A stretch of DNA of 64,000 nt from the NCBI GenBank assembly GCA_002269645.1, contig NIVC01000269.1, positions 620,001 through 684,000 of the forward strand, written 5' to 3'. Under the pieces are notes generated by a model. It made no database searches. It saw only the letters and a list, made by a program, of their open reading frames with translations, and was not told the origin of the DNA. The stretch comes from Macrostomum lignano. Its lineage: Eukaryota. Positions 57,184 to 64,000 of this stretch are shown one piece after another. The position numbers and the translations under genes were made by a program. The number at the start of each line of letters is the position of its first letter. The stretch's first letter is position 1.

Positions 57184-57291
57184 TTAGGGTTAGGTTAGGG
57201 TTAGGGTTAGGGTTAGGGTTAGGCTAGGGTTAGGGTTAGGGTTAGGGTTAGGCTAGGGTTAGGGTTAGGGTTAGGCTAGGGTTAGGGTTAG
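57184..57291 (+). repeat. Interstitial (TTAGGG)n telomeric tract; degenerate tracts also at about 56780-56820, 57550-57645 and 57800-57820
   Basis: About 17 TTAGGG-like units with TTAGG/CTAGGG variants. Confidence 0.95.
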
Positions 57292-58569
57292 AAGGTTGAC
57301 AGATTTTTTTAGACTTCAAGGCTTATTTGGGGCATCGCTGAGATGTCAAGGGGGGGAGTTGATTTGTTAAAGCTTGTGGGGGGAATTACTGACATTTCAA
57401 GGCTTACAAGGGACTTCTGAGGTATATTGCAAAGAGATGCTACATGTAGTTTATTACAAAACTTGTACTGTATTTTTGGCTCCCTAACGCTAAGATACTA
57501 AGCTAAAAAATAATACTAGCTCTTCACAAACTTATGCAGATGTCAGGCTGTAGGGTTAGTGTTAGGGTTGGTATTAGGGTTTAGGTTTAGGGTTAGGTTC
57601 AGGGTTATTGCGTTAAGATTCGGGTTAGGGTTAGGGTTAGGGTAGCTTATAACTTGGCTCATTTAGCTTATTAAAAATGTTTATCATGGAAGCATCATGC
57701 AAAAATAATGGAAGCGTCATGCAAAAACAATGGAAGCGTCATGCCAAAAATCATAGAAGCATCGATCATGCAAAAACTCATGGACAAAATATTGAATTTA
57801 GGGTTTTGGTTAGGGTTAGAATTTTGACAGGAGATTTTTTAAGATTTCAAGGCTACATGTAGCTTATTAAAAATACGTGTATTGCATTTCTTTGGCTCCC
57901 CAACGGGGGGCGTAGATTGCTAGTCTTCTGTATAAAATCATGACATAAACTAGCCAACATAAACATTTAGCATAACAAAGCTAATACCTTATACAGTAAA
58001 AAACTTGTACATGCTAAATATCATACGCATGAGAGAGCCAATAGCTCAGCAAAGAATACAATGCGGAAAATGCTCAAGCAACATTTCTTTGTGCATTTAA
58101 CGAATTTTCTGCAAATCACAAAAACTTTGTGAGAAACTCTGCCAAAGCCAGTCCCAAGCCTGGTTGCAAAAAGAGGAGGGTAGCAAAGTTAACGAATTCA
58201 CAAGCAAGGCAAAAACATGTTATAAAAAAATTGCAATGAACACGTGACCAAGAAAAAAACCTTTAGCCAACCGGACCGAAAGGAACAAGAAGACGCAGGG
58301 GGTGGCGGCGAAAAGGCGGGCGAAACGAGCCCAGCGAGAGCGAGTGTATTTGACGCGAAATTGAAGTACGAGTATTACAAGCGATGGGATAAAAGCAGAG
58401 GGATAAAAAGAGGGGAAAGGCAGTGGGCAAAGTCAAGCGCACAAGAAAAAAAATTTAGCCAAGCATGCCAGCGCTGAGGGGCAGAGTACGCGAATAAAAG
58501 GGCCAACGCGACCCCAACCCCCACCACCCCACACCACGCACACAACACACCGCACCCACACCCCCACCC

Positions 58570-59045
58570 AGCACAGAGGCAAAGGCTCGCTTGCACTCAG
58601 CTTCTGTCCTCGCCATGACAAGAAAATCATCTATGAAGACACTGGTGGCCAGGAAGCCTTTGCGGCATATCATACGCCGAACCGCTTGAGTGAGACGATG
58701 GAAGATGCTGACAGAGGCACGACTGCCGAATGGTAGCCGCGTGTTCACTAAGTAAGCCGAGCGCCCGTCACCGAAATCCCAGTGAATCCCGGTGGCTTGG
58801 TAGCACTGCGGAGAAATGGGCACAGCACGGTAGGCGGACGCGATGTCAACCTTCGCCATGAACCAGCCCGGTTGCATCAAATTAACGGCCTCATCGACAG
58901 AAGTGAAGCGGAGCTTGCGCTGATGGGCGTAGTGGTCGTTCAGGCTTTGGCGGTGAGGAACGGAGCAGTCATGGATCAGCCACATGCTGGCACTGTCCTT
59001 AGGAATCGCGCCGAGTTTGCAGACCATCGTGGGCTTGTCCGCCAC
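58570..59045 (-). pseudogene. Truncated Ngaro/DIRS-type reverse transcriptase
   Basis: WLIHDCS.P, MAKVDIASAYR, LPFGSRASVSIF and VFIDDFL; the sequence runs directly into the terminal repeat after AECKRAF. Confidence 0.85.
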
Positions 59046-59383
59046 CGGGATGTATCTGCCCAGACGGATTTCTTCTTCTAGGGCTGCTTGGACTTGGTCG
59101 CGCTTTTGGTAGGAGGATTGGTAGTTGCGTAAAAAACAGGGCGTAAAATCAAGGTCATCAGCGATAGGGAAGCCATGCTTGATGCTGTCAAGAATAAAAT
59201 CAGCGTCGTGGTCACCGGCGAGCTCCTGGCGCCAGGCGTCGATTCAAAGATGACCAGACGGCCGCGTCAGAGCAGAGATTTGAGTAAGCGGCCTGAGGAG
59301 GCCCGCCGCTGGGGCAGGCTGCGTCGGGTTGATAAAATCAGAAGGCGTAAAATCGGCTGTGCGCGCGCAATCGGCGCGCTTTC

Positions 59384-60301
59384 TCAGTTTTTTGAGTGAT
59401 TCTGCTCAGAGTGGTTGCCCTCGCACACTCGGCAGGCATGCAGATAGCGGCAGTTCGTTCTTGAGCATCCATTGGTGCTGTTGAAAGACAGACAAAGCTC
59501 ACGACCCGAGGATGTTCGCGGCCTAACGATGCGGTTCTTGATAGGCTGGGGGTGCCTAGCTGTCTGGTTTTGCTGGTCAGTCTTGGTGCTGAGCAGGTGC
59601 TTGATAGACATCTGGGAGCAGTCTTTGCTCCAGCGGAGACTGTTGGCGGCGCGGTGCTGGCGGTAGTCGTGGTCGAATCGGACCACCCGATGCACCGAAA
59701 AGCGGTCGAAAAACTCGGCCACTTGGATGTTGTACCGGGCGTAGTCCTTGGCTTGTTCCACCGGGGTGTACGGCTGGCCCTTGCTAGTTACCTGATACGA
59801 CGTCACGTCGAGCATCTGCAGCAGGATCCTCATGCTGCCTGATAGCCACTGTCCGACTGTCATGCCGTCTAATTTAGTTGTCGACTTCTTGAGCACCAGT
59901 CCGCCTGAGCTGCCCCGGGTGAGCAGCTCGTCTGCTTGGCCCGACAGGTCGTCGACGAAGTCTTTGACGAGCAGACACGGCATCCCAGTCGACCGGGGAC
60001 TGGCATTCGCGCAGACGGTGCCTGTTTGGTTCAGGATTTCAGCGATAATGTTTTGATGCTCACCTGATTCCGTACCTGATGTTGCTCCCGCGTTTGTAGC
60101 TCCACGAGCTGCAGCCGCTTCTGGGCCTGCCGGATCTCGCCGTCCAGGTCCGCCTCCTGCGTGTCCCGGCCTCGCAGCTCCGTCCGCTCGCCCCGTGATG
60201 CCATTCGATCTGAGTGCTGTGCTGCATCCGCTTGGATCTCTGTCTGATCGATGTGCTGGCACAGTCTGGCTAGTAAGGCTGCTTTGTTGCCTGCCGTTCA
60301 T
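59384..60301 (-). CDS. Ngaro/DIRS-type Gag with a C-terminal cysteine/histidine finger
   Basis: 305-aa ORF ending in ELCLSFN...GCSRTNCRYLHACRVCEGNH, directly upstream of the RT. Confidence 0.75.
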   Translation of the reverse strand: MNGRQQSSLTSQTVPAHRSDRDPSGCSTALRSNGITGRADGAARPGHAGGGPGRRDPAGPEAAAARGATNAGATSGTESGEHQNIIAEILNQTGTVCANASPRSTGMPCLLVKDFVDDLSGQADELLTRGSSGGLVLKKSTTKLDGMTVGQWLSGSMRILLQMLDVTSYQVTSKGQPYTPVEQAKDYARYNIQVAEFFDRFSVHRVVRFDHDYRQHRAANSLRWSKDCSQMSIKHLLSTKTDQQNQTARHPQPIKNRIVRPRTSSGRELCLSFNSTNGCSRTNCRYLHACRVCEGNHSEQNHSKN

Positions 60302-62442
60302 AGCCCTCGGCTACCAAGCTCATTCTTGAGTTGTTTGGCTGTTAGCTTGTCAGCGCGGAGCATATTGGCAGTGAGATATCGATATCTTAGGTAGCCAAAA
60401 AGATTTTAGCCAAGCACGCCAACGCTGAAGGGCAGAGTACATGAATAAAAGGGCCAACCCACACCTCAACCCTAACGGCAAACCCAATCCTCACCACCCA
60501 CACCCCACCCAGCGGGAAAAGGCACCGGACCCGGTCAGCTAAAACCGATTATAGAGCCAGTAAAACCGGCCATGAAATCGAAACATTATTTCGGGAAATT
60601 CTCATCCAGCTGACAAAGTACTTTCTGCAACTGAGTGTACTGAGCAGGGGGGACTTGGGAGTCTGTAAGTTCGAGTAGGGAACAGATGGAGCCTTGGCGT
60701 CTTGTAGGCTTCTAGATTGATAATGTTTCCTTTCAGATCTGAGTTTTCAGCTTCGTACTCACAATGGTTCCTGCCGAAGTACACTAAAGTACTTTCTGCA
60801 GCTGAATGTACTGAGCAGGGGGGGACTTGGGAGTCTGTAAGTTCGAGTAGGGAACAGATGGAGCCTTGGCGTCTTGTAGGCTTCTAGATTGATAATGTTT
60901 CCTTCCAGATCTCAGTTTTCAGCTTCGTACTCACAATGGTTCCTGCCGAAGTACACTAAAGTACTTTCTGCATATTAATGTACTAAGCGGGGGGGGGACT
61001 TGGGAGTCTGTAAGTTTGAGTAGGGAACAGATGGAGCTTTGGCGTCTTGTAGGCTTTTATATTGATAATGTTTCCTTCCAGATCTCAGTTTTCAGCTTCG
61101 TACTCACAATGGTTCCTGCCGAAGTACACTAAAGTACTTTCTGCAGTTGAGTGTACTGAGCAGGGGGGACTTGGGAGTCTGTAAGTTTGAGTAGGGAACA
61201 GATGGAGCCTTGGCGTCTTGTAGGCTTCTAGATTGATAATGTTTCCTTCCAGATCTGAGTTTTCAGCTTCGTACTCACAATGGTTCCTGCCGAAGTACAC
61301 TAAAGTACTTTCTGCATATTAATGTACTAAGCGGGGGGGGGGACTTGGGAGTCTGTAAGTTCGAGTAGGGAACAGATGGAGCCTTGGCGTCTTGTAGGCT
61401 TCTAGATTGATAATGTTTCCTTCCAGATCTCAGTTTTCAGCTTCGTACTCACAATGGTTCCTGCCGAAGAACACTAAAGTAATCTTTGTGTTAAAATTTA
61501 CATTAAATGAACATATTACATGTACAGTTTTTTGGTATATTTATATTGTATCGATGGCATTACCAACAATTGTTGATATGTTTTTAAGTTTTATTTATAT
61601 TTGTTTCAAGGTTTGATTAGCTAGAATGTTTAATTTCGGTGTTTTACTTTTAGTTTTCAAATAGGCATTTCAATAGGCATTAAGTTGCTGTAATGTAATT
61701 CGCTGAAACGAAATATGTTGAACGCTGTGCTGTGGTAACGCTTATAACAATTGCTAGAGTTGATTTTTTACTATTTTAGACTATTTTCTTGGTTATTTTT
61801 CGTTTTTTACTTGTATTTTGTATTTTATTTTTTGGTACTGGTTCTGGTACTGGTTCTGGTACTGGGAGTATAGCTGACATGTCTATAGACTAAATCTAAA
61901 CTTGACCTTTTTGTATAAAAAAAACAACTAGTCTAGGCCTATTATGGATGCCAAGCAGCCAATGTTGGACTTTAAAATTGTATATTCCAAGTGCATATTA
62001 AGATTCTTAGTGAGGGGCAAAAATATGCCAGCCTAGAATTTTCCAATGTAAAGACCATCCTCGGCCTAGCTCTAGGCTAGGCCCTAATCCATGGTCCAAG
62101 TCCATGAACAAGGTTACATTAGGCCTATGAGAGCCCTGGATATAGGGCCTACTCGTAATAGGTAAGATTAAATCAGTAGAATAAATAAATGAACACAGAT
62201 ACTGATAGTTTCAAAGCGTTTAGGAGAACTCTTAAGTCTTAAGTCTCTAAGTTTGGGTAAAATGATATAATCTGAACTTTAAAAATAGCTTTCTGAAATT
62301 TGAACTAGGTATCAGTAGTATTATTGTTTTTTGTTTACATTAAAGCATCGAGTAAAATATTTTTAGGACCTTTCTGAAAACTTTAGGAATTGGACTTTTT
62401 GAAATAAAAATATTGCCACAAGTTCGCTTCAGGCTTGCGGGA

Positions 62443-63269
62443 CTAACTAACTAACTAAATAAGTAAACCGGCGCCTCAGCCATTGATCAGGCTCTTACGC
62501 CACTAGATAAATGTACTTATGTACACTAAGATCCTAATTAGAGCTAATGACAAATGACAAATGACAAAACAAAAACCTCCCCGGGGGACAGTGACAGCGG
62601 TTCGACGAACCAGTCAGGAAGCCCGTGCCCAAAAAACCTGGTTAGTAGACCCCTTTCCAATTAGGGTTGGCCCGAAGGCCGAGAGCCGTGGCTACCATAC
62701 TGGGGCCGACCACCCACCACCCCCGGGTACTCAAGCCAAACATAACTAAAACCTCCCCGGGGCCAGAGGGGGGTGAACGAACCAATCAGGGAAGCCCGTG
62801 CCTTCTCCGGGTTAGATAAGCCAAAAAAACCGGTCATATGACCGCCCCCACGGCCGTGGCAACCCTCGAGGAGCCTCCCCCCCCCAACTAGACCCCGGGT
62901 ACTCTTGCCAGACAGTCTCTTATCTTTGAAGCGGCGGGAGGGCTAATCGCCGGGACTATTTCACCCTTTGCTTCGCCAACCCGCTATTTCTATAGTGACC
63001 GTGCCAACGGTCTCGTCCTGCTCAGACTCAGTCCTGGTTCTGGCACACTCCAGCTTTAATAGGGTCGCTGGCTGTTCGCTCAGAGGGCACTCCGAGAGCA
63101 CCATGCAACTGGAACAGGTATAGGTCTGCCTTCCTATACAGCTACCCACAGCCCTTCCTGATCCACTATTACCCTCCAACCCAGCCTACTAACTCATTAC
63201 AAGCTTTCGGCCAGGCAGAGACAAGTTTCACAGGGGTACTGCGGTTAGGCGCCTCTATGCGAGACAAAA
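62443..63269 (-). mobile_element. About 830-bp non-autonomous retroposon with an 18-bp TSD and a (TTAG)n tail
   Basis: CGCTTCAGGCTTGCGGGA occurs at 62425-62442 and 63270-63287. (CTAA)3 abuts the left copy, which is a TTAG tail on the minus strand. No credible ORF. Confidence 0.7.
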
Positions 63270-63324
63270 CGCTTCAGGCTTGCGGGATCAGAAGATGTGA
63301 TACTTATAGGTTGTTTCCAAGCAG

Positions 63325-63732
63325 GGGTCTCCCTGAAACACGGTCTTCCTAAAACACGCACCGCACCGCCTTCGCACAGCGCTACACATTAAAACAAATT
63401 TGACTATAACTGAAGACATTTCAAAATGCGTTTTTTGTTAAGCTTCAAGTTTTTATTAAATTTAGTTTTTTACTTTGAAATATAAAATTTGGTGAATAAT
63501 AAGTGATAGTGATAAATAATAATATAAATAAAATAAAATATAATTTAATGATGAAAACGAGATATGAAAAACATTAATATTGTTTATAATATTAATTAAA
63601 ATTAGTTATTCCATTACTCTTACAGCAAATAGTTGTCTCTGCAATCAAATACTGCGTTGACAAAAATTTATAATGTGTTTTATAATGTGTGTAGCGGTTC
63701 GGGGCGGTGCCGTGCGTGTTTTAGGGAGACCC
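63325..63732. mobile_element. Mutator-like MITE
   Basis: GGGTCTCCCT...CCTAAAACACGCACCGCACCGCC on the left is mirrored by GGCGGTGCCGTGCGTGTTTTAGGGAGACCC. GTTTCCAAGC flanks both sides (63313-63322 and 63733-63742) with a 2-nt offset on the left. Confidence 0.55.
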
Positions 63733-64000
63733 GTTTCCAAGCCCTAATCATATTTCGATCACGGCTTCATGGAAATTCCGTTGTGTCATATTTAATAGAA
63801 TTTGCGTCATAAGCGCACATAAAAAATGCGGTACGAATTCGTGTATATACGTGTATAGTACATATTGTATTAGCTAATAGCTAAAAGAACTGCAGAATCT
63901 CTTTCGTTTAAGGTGTAACATGGGTTGAGCTGTATTGGTGACCATGCAGTCAACTCGTGGTACATCCTCTGCAGCCTTGCTCTAGAACACCAAAGAGAGA

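Larger units (their letters stand above)
58245..60512 (-). mobile_element. Ngaro/DIRS-group retrotransposon deletion derivative nested in the foldback element
   Basis: Split direct repeat (TTTAGCCAAGCA.GCCA.CGCTGA.GGGCAGAGTAC...AATAAAAGGGCCAAC) at about 58452-58572 and 60403-60512, plus gag and RT ORFs. RNase H and tyrosine recombinase are absent. Confidence 0.75.
50412..61873 (+). mobile_element. About 11.4-kb foldback element with long TIRs and a NOF/MULE-like transposase
   Basis: 50412 to about 50975 mirrors about 61305-61873 (CTATACTCCCAGTACCAGAACC... / ...GGTACTGGGAGTATAG). A roughly 172-bp subterminal unit occurs about 2x on the left and 5x on the right (60618, 60789, 60961, 61134, 61305). 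No TSD was resolved. Confidence 0.75.

Noticed and set aside
57184-57291. True chromosome end or telomere fusion
   Set aside because: The tract is short, single-orientation, degenerate and embedded in a repeated unit inside a TIR element.

Overview
Eukaryotic (metazoan-like, intron-containing, TTAGGG tracts) window dominated by transposable elements and tandem repeats. The style resembles flatworm genomes such as Macrostomum, but the species cannot be established from sequence. Two host genes were reconstructed by hand on the minus strand: a protein with two cNMP-binding domains (297-1813, probably continuing off the left edge) and a 4-exon RRM / Q-rich / coiled-coil gene (7821-14162) whose introns hold a 30-bp and a 28-bp minisatellite. 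Mobile elements: (i) a 1570-bp element with perfect 141-bp terminal inverted repeats, TGT...ACA ends and a 5-bp TSD that encodes a complete Gypsy-type integrase but no RT (11246-12815); (ii) a 15.6-kb KDZ (Kyakuja-Dileera-Zisupton) DNA transposon with more than 2 kb of satellite-filled TIR, a 7-bp TSD and a 10-exon, 681-aa transposase (16597-32165), carrying a dead mariner; (iii) an EnSpm-like non-autonomous element with a tRNA-SINE; (iv) a Chapaev/CMC-like transposase; (v) a Gypsy LTR element lacking RNase H and integrase, with an array of tRNA-Leu PBS copies inside its LTR and an extra ORF (42084-49897); (vi) an 11.4-kb foldback NOF/MULE-like element with Ulp1 and PHD domains, interstitial telomeric tracts and a nested Ngaro/DIRS fragment; (vii) several MITEs and a TSD-flanked retroposon. 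Repeats show a strong C-to-T bias in CCA/TGG context. All family assignments come from remembered motifs and manual alignment; no database searches were run.
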